Origin: a bacterium
GTDB lineage: Bacteria; Patescibacteriota; Minisyncoccia; Phycocordibacterales; DATDWN01
Assembly: GCA_037134875.1 (NCBI GenBank)
Contig: JBAXLH010000002.1
Span: 27,719 to 91,718 of the forward strand
Reading direction: 5' to 3'
DNA length: 64,000 nucleotides
The position numbers and the translations under genes are program-made. Under the pieces are notes generated by a model, which saw nothing but the letters and a program-made list of their open reading frames with translations, searched no databases and was not told where the DNA came from. The first letter of the stretch is position 1, and every line of letters begins with the position of its first letter. Positions 37,988 through 47,511 of the stretch are shown here, in pieces.

Positions 37988-40096
37988 ATGCCAGAAATGA
38001 AGAATACACAAAAGCCCACCAAGGGCAAAAACGCAGACAAAAAGAAGCAAGAAGTCCTTACGGGACATATCAGTATAAACAGCAAAGGTGTTGGCTTTTT
38101 CGATATAGAAAAAACAGACAAAACTCCCGAAAAAAGTCTTGAAATTCAGCCAGAAAATCTCTCTCGAGCATTTCATGATGATATTGTGGAAGTCATCGCC
38201 CTCGGTAACAAAATCAAAGACAGAGAACAAGCCAAAGTCGTGCGTGTCGTATCTCGTGCAAAATCCGAATTCGTCGGAGTTGTCCAAAAAAACGGAAGTG
38301 TCTCTTTTCTCATTCCCGATGACAAACGAATGTATGTTGATATTTTCCTCGATCCTGCGGGAGTCAAAAACATTCCAGACGGAGTAAAAGTTTTGGTAAA
38401 AATAAAAGACTGGAAAGAGAACGAAAAAAATCCTATGGGTGAAGTGGTTAAAGTTGTCGGCAAAGTTGGTGACAATAACACCGAGATGGAATCTATTGTT
38501 TTGGAAAAAGGATTTCGGGTTGAATTTCCTGAAGCAGTTTTGGACGAAGCAGAAAAACTGAAAAAATTCACCGACGTACATTTCAATAACGAAATAAAAA
38601 ACCGCCGAGATATGCGGGACACACTGACAATGACTATCGACCCAGCAGATGCAAAAGATTTTGACGATGCGATTTCTTTCAAGGATTTTGGAGACGGCAC
38701 ATATGAAATAGGAGTACACATTGCAGATGTGTCACATTTTGTAACCCCTGGCACAGCACTCGATCGTGAAGCAGAAAAACGCGGACTTTCGGTGTACCTC
38801 GTTGACCGCACAATACCAATGCTCCCTGAAATACTTTCAAATGACCTCTGCAGTTTAAATCCACACGAAGATAAATACACATTTTCAACAGTTTTCAAAA
38901 TGACAAGTGACGGGAAAATATTGGACAAGTGGTTTGGTAAGACAGTCATTCATAGTGACAAGCGATTTTCATACGAAGAAGCAAATGATGTAATACACGG
39001 AACGACTAAAAACGCAGGCGAAAGCACTTCTGTTTTGGAGGCTTCGCAGGCGGGTAGCCGAGACTTGAGAAATTTGCCAGCAGGCAAATATTCGTACTCT
39101 AAATCAGAAACACTTTCGCCTGCGTTTTTCACAGCACTTACAAAACTAAATCAACTGGCAAAAATACTAGAAAAAGAAAAATTTCAAAATGGTGCAATCA
39201 ATTTTGAAAGTGATGAAGTGAAATTTGAACTCGACAAAGATGGCAAGCCGATCCGTGTGTACAGAAAAACTAGACTCGACACACATAAACTTGTCGAAGA
39301 ATATATGCTCCTCGCAAACCGCGAAGTGGCAAAATTTATTTTTCATTCACAAAATGAACACGCTGGGCCCGGATCAATCAAACAATCGGTATATCGAATT
39401 CACGGCAAGCCAGACAGAGAACGTATCGAAGACCTTGCAACATTTCTCAAGGCACTCGGTTTTGACTTGCGAAACAAAGACGGCGAGGTAACGTCTCGTG
39501 ACATAAACAAACTACTCAAAGAAGTAGAAGGTACTCCAAACGAAGAACTCATCAAAACAGCCACAATCCGCTCGATGCAAAAAGCAGTGTACTCCACAAA
39601 AAATATTGGGCACTTTGGATTGGCTTTCAGATTTTATACACATTTTACATCCCCTATTCGCCGATATCCAGACTTGCTCGTCCACAGATTTTTGGAACGC
39701 GAACTCAAAGGTGGCAAAATTGAGCAGAACGAATATGAAAAGTTTGAGCGAATCTGTATGAATGCATCAGACACCGAAAAGAAAGCAGCAGATGCCGAGC
39801 GAGCAAGTATCAAATACAAACAAGTGGAATATATGCAAAACCATATTGGAGAAATTTTCGATGGAACTATTACCGGTGTGACCGACTGGGGTATTTATGT
39901 CGAGGACAAAGAAACAAAATGTGAAGGTATGGTAAAACTTCGCGACCTAAGTGATGACTACTACGAGCTAGATGAAAAAAATTATACTCTAAAAGGTCAG
40001 CGAACGGGCAAAAAATATACACTCGGTGATACAGTAAAATACAAAGTTGTTTCCGCAGATATGGAAAAGCGTGTACTCGACTATACGTTTGCTTAA
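37988..40096 (+). CDS. rnr: ribonuclease R
   Basis: TIDPADAKDFDDA, HIADV, YTHFTSPIRRYPD, S1 domain. Confidence 0.96.
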   Translation: MPEMKNTQKPTKGKNADKKKQEVLTGHISINSKGVGFFDIEKTDKTPEKSLEIQPENLSRAFHDDIVEVIALGNKIKDREQAKVVRVVSRAKSEFVGVVQKNGSVSFLIPDDKRMYVDIFLDPAGVKNIPDGVKVLVKIKDWKENEKNPMGEVVKVVGKVGDNNTEMESIVLEKGFRVEFPEAVLDEAEKLKKFTDVHFNNEIKNRRDMRDTLTMTIDPADAKDFDDAISFKDFGDGTYEIGVHIADVSHFVTPGTALDREAEKRGLSVYLVDRTIPMLPEILSNDLCSLNPHEDKYTFSTVFKMTSDGKILDKWFGKTVIHSDKRFSYEEANDVIHGTTKNAGESTSVLEASQAGSRDLRNLPAGKYSYSKSETLSPAFFTALTKLNQLAKILEKEKFQNGAINFESDEVKFELDKDGKPIRVYRKTRLDTHKLVEEYMLLANREVAKFIFHSQNEHAGPGSIKQSVYRIHGKPDRERIEDLATFLKALGFDLRNKDGEVTSRDINKLLKEVEGTPNEELIKTATIRSMQKAVYSTKNIGHFGLAFRFYTHFTSPIRRYPDLLVHRFLERELKGGKIEQNEYEKFERICMNASDTEKKAADAERASIKYKQVEYMQNHIGEIFDGTITGVTDWGIYVEDKETKCEGMVKLRDLSDDYYELDEKNYTLKGQRTGKKYTLGDTVKYKVVSADMEKRVLDYTFA
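39008..39129. repeat. 122-bp palindromic element inserted in frame in rnr
   Basis: Perfect 17-bp arms aaaaacgcaggcgaaag / ctttcgcctgcgttttt. Confidence 0.85.
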
Positions 40097-40099
40097 AAT

Positions 40100-42355
40100 C
40101 TATTTTGCGACGGAGATTGCCTCATCAAAAGCAACCGAAAGGAGTTTGGAGCTACCGAGAGAACTCATTGTGACACCGTACAAAATGCCGGCACGGGACA
40201 TTGTCTCGCGGTTGTGAGTAATAACAATAAGCTGAGAATATTTTGAAAGATTTTCGATCATATCTGCATACTTTTTTGAGTTTGCTTCATCGAGCGCTGC
40301 GTCGGTTTCGTCCAAAATAATAAATGGTGGAGGATTGACTTGTGTGATTGCAAAAATAAGAGCAATCGAGGTCAGTGCCCTCTCGCCACCGGAGAGCATC
40401 ATCAGTCCTTTAACTTTTTTCTTTGGCAGATTAACTTCGATCTCAATCCCCTGCTCACCTTCTGCTTCTTCTTTGATTTCATCACCATTTTCACCGTCGA
40501 AAAGCTCCTCGAGATCTGTGTCTTTTTTCTTGCGTTTCTGTTCCACAATCACAGAGAGTTTCGCCTCACCACCTCCGAACATAAGAGAAAAATATTCTTT
40601 GAATTGCGTATTGATTTTCTCCACACCATTTTTAAATTCCGTGGAAAGCTTTTCATCCAGCTCTTTTATGAGCTCACCGAGAGATGTTGCAGAGTTTTGC
40701 AGATCAACAAGTTCTTTTTCTAGAAATGCATCACGCTCACTCGCATCAGTGTATTCTTTCATTACATCCGCGCCACCAATCCCACCAGCGTCCTCGAGGC
40801 GGATTTTTATTTTTTCTATCGTACGACGACGTTCCTCCTGAGCACTCCTCGGCTCATTGTAGTCAAAAGTGGCAGTTTCAAATTGCAAAATCGCTGTACC
40901 GAGCATCATTCCGAGTTCTGTGAGCTCACGTTTGAAATCCTCTCGCACAAGTCGCAGAGTTTCCTCCTCCGCAGAAACAGTGTGGAGTTTTGAGCGAGCC
41001 TCTTGCTCCTCCGCCATAATCCGAAATACTGCTTTCTCTGCATCACGGTTGGTATCTTTCTCTCGATCAATAGTATGTTTGAGTGTTGCATACTTTTCAG
41101 ACAAATCTGTCTCCCGTGATTTTATATGTGCCAAATCCTGTTCTATTTTTTCTTTTGACTGCTTGAGATTTTCTATATCTTTTTGTGTATCCGAAAGGAG
41201 TGACATATCCACCTTGTCTTTGTTATCCTCTATGAAATTTTTGAATAGAGAATCTATCTCATCAATAACCTGTATGAGTGATCCAATGTCTTGCAAGCTC
41301 CGCGCATGCTGAATTTTTTCCTCCACATTTTTATATACAGATTCCACCGAGACAAGCGTGACTGTTTTATGCAGAAAAGACGTAGCAATTTCTTCCTGTT
41401 TTTTGACCAGACGAATGAGTGATGAGAGCTCACCGTCAATCCTACCAAATTGTCTGAGTAGTTCGTCTTTTTCCTCACCCACTACTCGCAAGTTTTTCTC
41501 GAGAGACAAAAGTTCTTCACTTCGCGCATCACTGTGTGAGACATTTGCCAGAACTCCACGCGCCTCAGCAAGCTCCTCTTGTAATTTTTTTAGCGTCTCT
41601 TCGAGTGGTTGTCTTTCTTCTGCTAGTCGCTTGCTTTCTTTTTGAATATAGTGATTTTCTCTATTGCAATACTCGAGCGCTCGAATACGGAGCTCGTCTT
41701 TCATTTCAATTGTCTTCTGGACTTTTTCAACTTGTTTCTTTAGGAATTTTATATGAGGCAAAATTTCCCGCCTGAGCGACTCGACTTGAGCAATATTCTC
41801 GCGAGTTTTCACAAGTTTTCTCTCGCTCTCCTGTTTTTTATATTGATACATTTTGAGACCGAGTGCATCCTCGATCATTTCTTTTCTCTCTTTTGGATTG
41901 GAGTTGAGAATTCTGTCCGCTTCACCTTGGGAAATAATATGGTGTCCTGACGAACCGATATTTGCATTTGCCAAAAGCTCGACAACATCTCGCAGGCGTA
42001 CCTGTGAACCGTTGATGAGATATTCGTTGACCGAGTCGCGGTGTACAACACGTTCTATTGTGACCGTGTCAAAATCAATCGGCAAAAATTTTGTTGTGTT
42101 GTCAAAAACCACTTTGACACTTGCCCTGTTTGCTCTCGGCTCGCCACCGGCACCATTGAAAATGAGATCTTCGCCTTTTTTACCACGCAGAGATTTGATG
42201 GACTGCTCGCCGAGCACAAAACGAAATGACTCCGCCACGTTTGATTTGCCCGAGCCGTTTGGTCCGACGATAGCCGATATGGCGGATGAAAATGTCAGTT
42301 CACTTTTCTTGGCGAAACTTTTGAATCCAGTAAGTTCGATTGATTTGAGATACAT
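40100..42355 (-). CDS. smc: SMC-family ATPase, short form
   Basis: GFKSF, GPNGSGKSN, IISQG, LSGGE, LDETDAALD. Confidence 0.92.
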   Translation of the reverse strand: MYLKSIELTGFKSFAKKSELTFSSAISAIVGPNGSGKSNVAESFRFVLGEQSIKSLRGKKGEDLIFNGAGGEPRANRASVKVVFDNTTKFLPIDFDTVTIERVVHRDSVNEYLINGSQVRLRDVVELLANANIGSSGHHIISQGEADRILNSNPKERKEMIEDALGLKMYQYKKQESERKLVKTRENIAQVESLRREILPHIKFLKKQVEKVQKTIEMKDELRIRALEYCNRENHYIQKESKRLAEERQPLEETLKKLQEELAEARGVLANVSHSDARSEELLSLEKNLRVVGEEKDELLRQFGRIDGELSSLIRLVKKQEEIATSFLHKTVTLVSVESVYKNVEEKIQHARSLQDIGSLIQVIDEIDSLFKNFIEDNKDKVDMSLLSDTQKDIENLKQSKEKIEQDLAHIKSRETDLSEKYATLKHTIDREKDTNRDAEKAVFRIMAEEQEARSKLHTVSAEEETLRLVREDFKRELTELGMMLGTAILQFETATFDYNEPRSAQEERRRTIEKIKIRLEDAGGIGGADVMKEYTDASERDAFLEKELVDLQNSATSLGELIKELDEKLSTEFKNGVEKINTQFKEYFSLMFGGGEAKLSVIVEQKRKKKDTDLEELFDGENGDEIKEEAEGEQGIEIEVNLPKKKVKGLMMLSGGERALTSIALIFAITQVNPPPFIILDETDAALDEANSKKYADMIENLSKYSQLIVITHNRETMSRAGILYGVTMSSLGSSKLLSVAFDEAISVAK

Positions 42356-42394
42356 TATGTTTATTATAATGAAAAACTTGCCTAAAATCAAAAA

Positions 42395-42679
42395 ATGAGT
42401 AGTATAAAAAACGGAAAAATGGCACAAGCAGCAAGAATCTATTATGAAAGAATTCAATTTCATCTATTCGTTCCAGAAGGAACTGAATGGGATTTCATGA
42501 GAGAATTTGCAAATGCTTTTAGGCACACAATAACGGGAGCCAAAAGAAGTGTGGATAACTACAGCCAAGCAACTGATGGTTGGCACATCACACTTACTGT
42601 TAAATCTGATGAGAAAGAAAAATTTTATGATTTTTGTAAGAATTTCTTTCTTGCTCGGAAAATAGGGATCCAAAAATAA
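42395..42679 (+). CDS. hypothetical protein
   Basis: 94-aa ORF followed by a hairpin and T-run. Confidence 0.55.
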   Translation: MSSIKNGKMAQAARIYYERIQFHLFVPEGTEWDFMREFANAFRHTITGAKRSVDNYSQATDGWHITLTVKSDEKEKFYDFCKNFFLARKIGIQK

Positions 42680-42745
42680 TTCTACTACCAATGAAAGACC
42701 TGTTCACACAGGCCTTATTTTTTTATAAAAAGAAAAAGATGGGCA

Positions 42746-43072
42746 TTACTCCATCTCTATTCCAGATAACTCCGCATTTAGGGAAATAGCTTCCCAAATA
42801 TCATGCTCCAAGTTGCGAAGGTTTACCTCGCACCGATCCCCACCTTTGTTCCAGATTTCTTGGTGGAGTCTCTGGGCTTTATTCAAATTTGCTACAAATT
42901 TTGCATGTCGCATTTGGAAGGCTTTTCTTTCTTCCGCGACTTTGTAGTCTTCATAAAAAAAATATCCTCCCAGCAGTTCCGGACCAATCGGAAGCTCTTG
43001 CGAAGGGTCAAAAGTGTCGCCGGCTTCTTCTTGCCAGCTATCAAAATCTAAACCCTCTTCATCGTGAGGCAT
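42746..43072 (-). CDS. hypothetical acidic protein
   Basis: ~108-aa ORF. Confidence 0.55.
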   Translation of the reverse strand: MPHDEEGLDFDSWQEEAGDTFDPSQELPIGPELLGGYFFYEDYKVAEERKAFQMRHAKFVANLNKAQRLHQEIWNKGGDRCEVNLRNLEHDIWEAISLNAELSGIEME

Positions 43073-43156
43073 TTTCTTTTTCTTCCAAAAATAGAGTACC
43101 ACAAAAAAGGAAAGAGTGAAATCTGGCTGATGGGATAAGTAAAAACACTAGAGCCA

Positions 43157-43849
43157 CTAGTTCCAGCCCCGAGTTTCAAGAGCCTTGCGAGCTGCAGACT
43201 GCTCCGCATCCTGCTTGGAGTCACCAACACCTTCTGCCACTAAATCTCGTCCAACATATACACCGACAGTAAATTTCTTGTCGTGATCTGGACCAGTTTC
43301 TTTGAGTGTTTTGTACGATGGAGTAACACCATCAAACTCTTGTGCTTTTTCTTGGAATAAACTTTTTGCGTCAATCCACAATTTTGCAGAAATTATTGGT
43401 TCAATGAGTGGAGTGAAATTTTTCTCAATAAAATCCTTTGCTGTGTCATACCCGAGGTCGAGATAAATAGCACCAATGAGCGCCTCAAGTGTATTCGCCA
43501 AAATATACTGTCTCGCACGACCAGTGTCTTTACTCTCGCCTTTTGACAGCAAGAGATAATCATTTACAGAAAGTCGTGTAGCTATTTCAGAACACGTTGT
43601 AGCATTCACCAGAGCAGATCGATACGCAGTCAAATCCCCTTCGGCTTTATCAGGATAGTTGGCATACAGAAAATCGGTGATAACAAGCTCGAGCACAGCA
43701 TCACCCAAAAATTCCAAACGCTCATTATGTTCCAAACCAGACTGTCTATTTTCGTTGATGTAGGAACGATGAACAAAAGCCTGTTTCAAAACATCTTTGT
43801 TGTTAAAATCTAATCCTATTCTCTCTTCAAATTCTTTAAAATCGGGCAT
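43157..43849 (-). CDS. rnc: ribonuclease III
   Basis: HNERLEFLGDAVL, dsRBD GPDHDKKF..SKQDAEQ. Confidence 0.97.
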   Translation of the reverse strand: MPDFKEFEERIGLDFNNKDVLKQAFVHRSYINENRQSGLEHNERLEFLGDAVLELVITDFLYANYPDKAEGDLTAYRSALVNATTCSEIATRLSVNDYLLLSKGESKDTGRARQYILANTLEALIGAIYLDLGYDTAKDFIEKNFTPLIEPIISAKLWIDAKSLFQEKAQEFDGVTPSYKTLKETGPDHDKKFTVGVYVGRDLVAEGVGDSKQDAEQSAARKALETRGWN

Positions 43850-43858
43850 AAGTTTGGA

Positions 43859-44003
43859 GTGACAGATTTTCAAAATTTCGCTCCAGTATATTATTTTTTG
43901 AGGCTTCGGACCGCGACGGCGGGAGATTGAGGCAAACCCTAGCAAGGGTTATGCCGTACTCAAAAAATGATATGCTGGTAAAGAAATTTTGGAAATCAAC
44001 CAC
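43859..44003. repeat. ~145-bp palindromic element between nusB and rnc
   Basis: gattttcaaaatttc / gaaattttggaaatc and ccagtatattattttttgag / ctcaaaaaatgatatgctgg arms. Confidence 0.85.
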
Positions 44004-44007
44004 AAAA

Positions 44008-44901
44008 TTACTTCTTTAATAATATATTTATCGCCTTGGTTACTAAAGGTAAAATATCATTATAAAAATTTAAGTCAAGTATGTCCCCCATTTTAAACCA
44101 CCGTGCATCATCGAGCCCACCAGTCTCTTTGAGCTTGAGTTCTACATATGGTGCCTCTGCGAGATAGTAGGTAACATTCTTTTTTATCTTGCCTTTTTCA
44201 GGATGATACGAAACATACTCATTTGTGCCGAGAGATTCCTTGACTGTGACATCGAGTGAAATTTCATCTTTGATAACCTGTGCGATTTCCTTTTCTGGCT
44301 CCTTGCCGGTGATATGACCCTTTGACAACGTCCATCTACCGAACACATCGTGGACAAGCGCGAGATACACATCATCACCTTCACGAGCATACACAACCGC
44401 GCCAGCCAAATATTCTACGGGCACATGCGCTGGAATCGCGTCTTTGTGTTTTTTGTCTTTTGTTGTTTCTTCTTTTCCCGGCTCGCCGAGCTCTTTGTAG
44501 ACAGCACCAAGCACGCCATTTACAAATTTGCTGGATGTCTCACCCCCGAATGTTTTTGAGAGTTCAATCGCCTCGTTGATTGCAACCTTTGGAGGAACTT
44601 GTCCTCTGTCAGAAAAAAGAAGTTCGTACAAACCAATACGGAGGATATTTCTATCCATTACATTTATTTTATCTATTGGCCAATCTGGAGCGGCTTTTTC
44701 AATAATGAGATCGAGATCTTTTTGTTTATCAATAATACCTTTGATGAGTCCTTCCATAAAAGAAAAATCATTCATACCGGAACCAAACTCTTTTATGTTG
44801 CGGTTAAAAATACTCATCGCATCGGATGAATTTTTTTTACCAAAATCCCATTCGAAAAGGGATTGTAAAACTATTGATCTGGAAAGGTGCCTGTTTGCCA
44901 T
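44008..44901 (-). CDS. nusB: transcription antitermination factor NusB fused to a NUDIX-fold domain
   Basis: DRNILRIG, AINEAIELSK, FVNGVLG then AGAVVY..WTLSKG..ARWF. Confidence 0.92.
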   Translation of the reverse strand: MANRHLSRSIVLQSLFEWDFGKKNSSDAMSIFNRNIKEFGSGMNDFSFMEGLIKGIIDKQKDLDLIIEKAAPDWPIDKINVMDRNILRIGLYELLFSDRGQVPPKVAINEAIELSKTFGGETSSKFVNGVLGAVYKELGEPGKEETTKDKKHKDAIPAHVPVEYLAGAVVYAREGDDVYLALVHDVFGRWTLSKGHITGKEPEKEIAQVIKDEISLDVTVKESLGTNEYVSYHPEKGKIKKNVTYYLAEAPYVELKLKETGGLDDARWFKMGDILDLNFYNDILPLVTKAINILLKK

Positions 44902-44968
44902 TGTTATATGTACAGTATATCAAACGCAGAGAAACAAAGTAAAGTGAGTAGCAACAAAAAAGAGCAGA

Positions 44969-45193
44969 TTATCTGCCCTCTTTGTTTGCTCCTGCTTTTT
45001 TTGCACGTTTAGCTATTTTCGCCTGTACATCAATAACAGTCCGGCCTCTGTATTGGCCTGTCTGAAGAGATGCTCTGTGACGCAAATGTTTTACATTTGT
45101 GTTCTTGTCCATAGTGACAGCAGGATTATCCAATCTGTGATGAGATCGTGTGTTTCCTCGCTGGCTTCTGTTGTGTCGCATTCGTACTACCAT
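44969..45193 (-). CDS. rpmF: 50S ribosomal protein L32 (Cys-free)
   Basis: RSQRGNTRSHH..LRHR..GQYRGRTV. Confidence 0.9.
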   Translation of the reverse strand: MVVRMRHNRSQRGNTRSHHRLDNPAVTMDKNTNVKHLRHRASLQTGQYRGRTVIDVQAKIAKRAKKAGANKEGR

Positions 45194-45286
45194 AATAGAA
45201 AACAGTGTACATTATTGGTCAAAAAAAATCAACCCTGAGCACAAAATATTTGCCAAAAGAAAAAAATAAGGTAATAATCACTACAT

Positions 45287-47467
45287 ATGACAAAACTTTT
45301 GATTGTTGAGTCCCCCGCAAAAGCCAAGACGATTTCAAAATATTTAGAAGGAGAATATAAGGTAGTAGCATCCGTCGGACACATCCGCGACCTACCAAAA
45401 TCGAACAAAAAAGCAATCGACATTCCTGCCGGTTTTGTTCCGCATTATGAAATCTCAAAAGGCAAAGAAAAAGTTGTTGCCGAAATAAAAGATCTCGCAA
45501 AAAAATCGAGTGAAGTACTTCTCGCAACCGACCCCGACCGCGAAGGAGAAGCTATTGCGTGGCATATTGCCGAGGCTACTGGACTCAAGAAACCACGTCG
45601 AGTTACTTTCCACGAAATCACAAAGGAAGCGGTCTCCGAGGCGATTAAACATCCTCGAGATATTGATATGAATTTGAAAGAGGCGCAGGAGGCGCGCAGA
45701 GTGCTGGACCGACTCGTCGGATATGACTTGTCTGGACTCATTTGGAAAAAAGTTCGCTATGGACTCTCCGCTGGACGCGTCCAGTCACCCGCACTCCGTA
45801 TCATAATGGAACGTGAAAGAGAAATTCGTGCATTCAAGTCACATCCCTACTGGATTATCACGTCCGACTTGGAAAACAAAAAGAAAGAAAAAATAAGCGC
45901 GATCTGCGAAAAGGAAATTACTGACAAAAAAGAAATGGAAGATATTGTCAGTAGTGGAAAAAAAGGAAACTGGTTTGTAAAAGATGTTAAAGAGACAAAC
46001 GTAAAGCGAGCACCTCGTCCACCATTTATTACATCTACACTTCAACAAGCAGCAAGCACTCGGTTTGGTTTTTCTCCATCACGAACAATGGGCATTGCGC
46101 AAAAACTCTACGAAGCTGGTCTCATTACATATATGCGAACCGACTCTCTCAACATAAGTACTGTTGCTCTCGCTCAAGCCGGAAAGGTTATCACCGCAAA
46201 ATACGGTGCCGATATGCTCCAGATTCGGACATACAAAACAAAATCAAAAAATGCACAGGAGGCACACGAAGCAATCCGTCCATCACATCTTGATGTTCAA
46301 AAAGCTGGAAACAACGACGAACAGAAAAAGTTGTACAGCCTCATTTGGCAAAGAACGATCGCATCACAAATGAAAGATGCGGAAACTATTCGTACAAAAA
46401 TCACAGCTAACATAAAAAACGGAACAATCCCAGACTTTAGCGCAAATGGTACGCGAACTGTTTTCAAGGGGTGGCTCGTTGCCGACCCTGAGTCATTTGG
46501 TGATGATGTTGAATTACCAAAAATGAAAATCGGTGATGATTTGGATTTGCTCAATATCGACTCCGAAGAAAAACAGACAGAACCACCAAACCGATACTCG
46601 GAGGCAGGGCTCGTCAAAGAACTCGAAAAACGAGGCATCGGCAGACCAAGTACGTATGCATCGATTATGAAAACAATTGAAGATCGTGGATATGTTGAAA
46701 AAGTAAACAAAGCACTTGTCCCAACCGACACAGGTGATGTGGTTTCTACATTTTTGGAAAACAATTTTGCGGATTATATAAGTGATGATTTTACTGCACA
46801 AATGGAAGACAAGCTCGATCTTATAGCCGAAGGCAAAGAAGACTACGTAAAAATGCTCAGCACATTTTACAAACCATTTTTGAAAGATGTAAAAGCAAAA
46901 GACAAAATGGATAAGGTAACAAATCTCGGCGATGCTGACCCGGCATTCAAATGTCCAGTTTGTGGAAGCAATATGATTATCAAGCTTTCAAAAAATGGAA
47001 AGTTTTTGTCCTGCTCACGATATCCAGACTGTGACGGCGCCCTGACGATGGACGGAAAAGAAATTAAAAAGGAAGAACCGATCGGCGTACATCCAGACAC
47101 CGGTGAACCAATATATATAATGAATGGACGCTTTGGTCCGTATGTCCAACTTGGAAATGGAAACGGATTGAAAGGTAAAAAGAAAATAAAACCCCGAATG
47201 TCGAGTATTCCAAAAGAAAAAGATCCAGAAACAGTGACTCTCGGTGACGCGCTCACCTACCTGTCATTACCGCGAGAGCTCGGTGTACATCCGGTGACTG
47301 GCAAAATGATTTCAGCAAATGTTGGACGGTTTGGTCCGTACATTGTCCACGATGGAGATTTCAGATCACTCAAAGAAGATGACGTGTACACAGTGGAACT
47401 TCCTCGAGCCTTGGAAATTTTGTCTCAAGAAAAAAAGAAACGTGGATTTTTTAAAAAGAGAAAATAA
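45287..47467 (+). CDS. topA: DNA topoisomerase I
   Basis: LIVESPAKAK, DPDREGEAI, GRVQS, ITYMRTD, GIGRPSTY. Confidence 0.98.
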   Translation: MTKLLIVESPAKAKTISKYLEGEYKVVASVGHIRDLPKSNKKAIDIPAGFVPHYEISKGKEKVVAEIKDLAKKSSEVLLATDPDREGEAIAWHIAEATGLKKPRRVTFHEITKEAVSEAIKHPRDIDMNLKEAQEARRVLDRLVGYDLSGLIWKKVRYGLSAGRVQSPALRIIMEREREIRAFKSHPYWIITSDLENKKKEKISAICEKEITDKKEMEDIVSSGKKGNWFVKDVKETNVKRAPRPPFITSTLQQAASTRFGFSPSRTMGIAQKLYEAGLITYMRTDSLNISTVALAQAGKVITAKYGADMLQIRTYKTKSKNAQEAHEAIRPSHLDVQKAGNNDEQKKLYSLIWQRTIASQMKDAETIRTKITANIKNGTIPDFSANGTRTVFKGWLVADPESFGDDVELPKMKIGDDLDLLNIDSEEKQTEPPNRYSEAGLVKELEKRGIGRPSTYASIMKTIEDRGYVEKVNKALVPTDTGDVVSTFLENNFADYISDDFTAQMEDKLDLIAEGKEDYVKMLSTFYKPFLKDVKAKDKMDKVTNLGDADPAFKCPVCGSNMIIKLSKNGKFLSCSRYPDCDGALTMDGKEIKKEEPIGVHPDTGEPIYIMNGRFGPYVQLGNGNGLKGKKKIKPRMSSIPKEKDPETVTLGDALTYLSLPRELGVHPVTGKMISANVGRFGPYIVHDGDFRSLKEDDVYTVELPRALEILSQEKKKRGFFKKRK

Positions 47468-47511
47468 AAAATTAAGCTTTTCATTTGCCAAAATTTGACT
47501 ACAATGAATAT

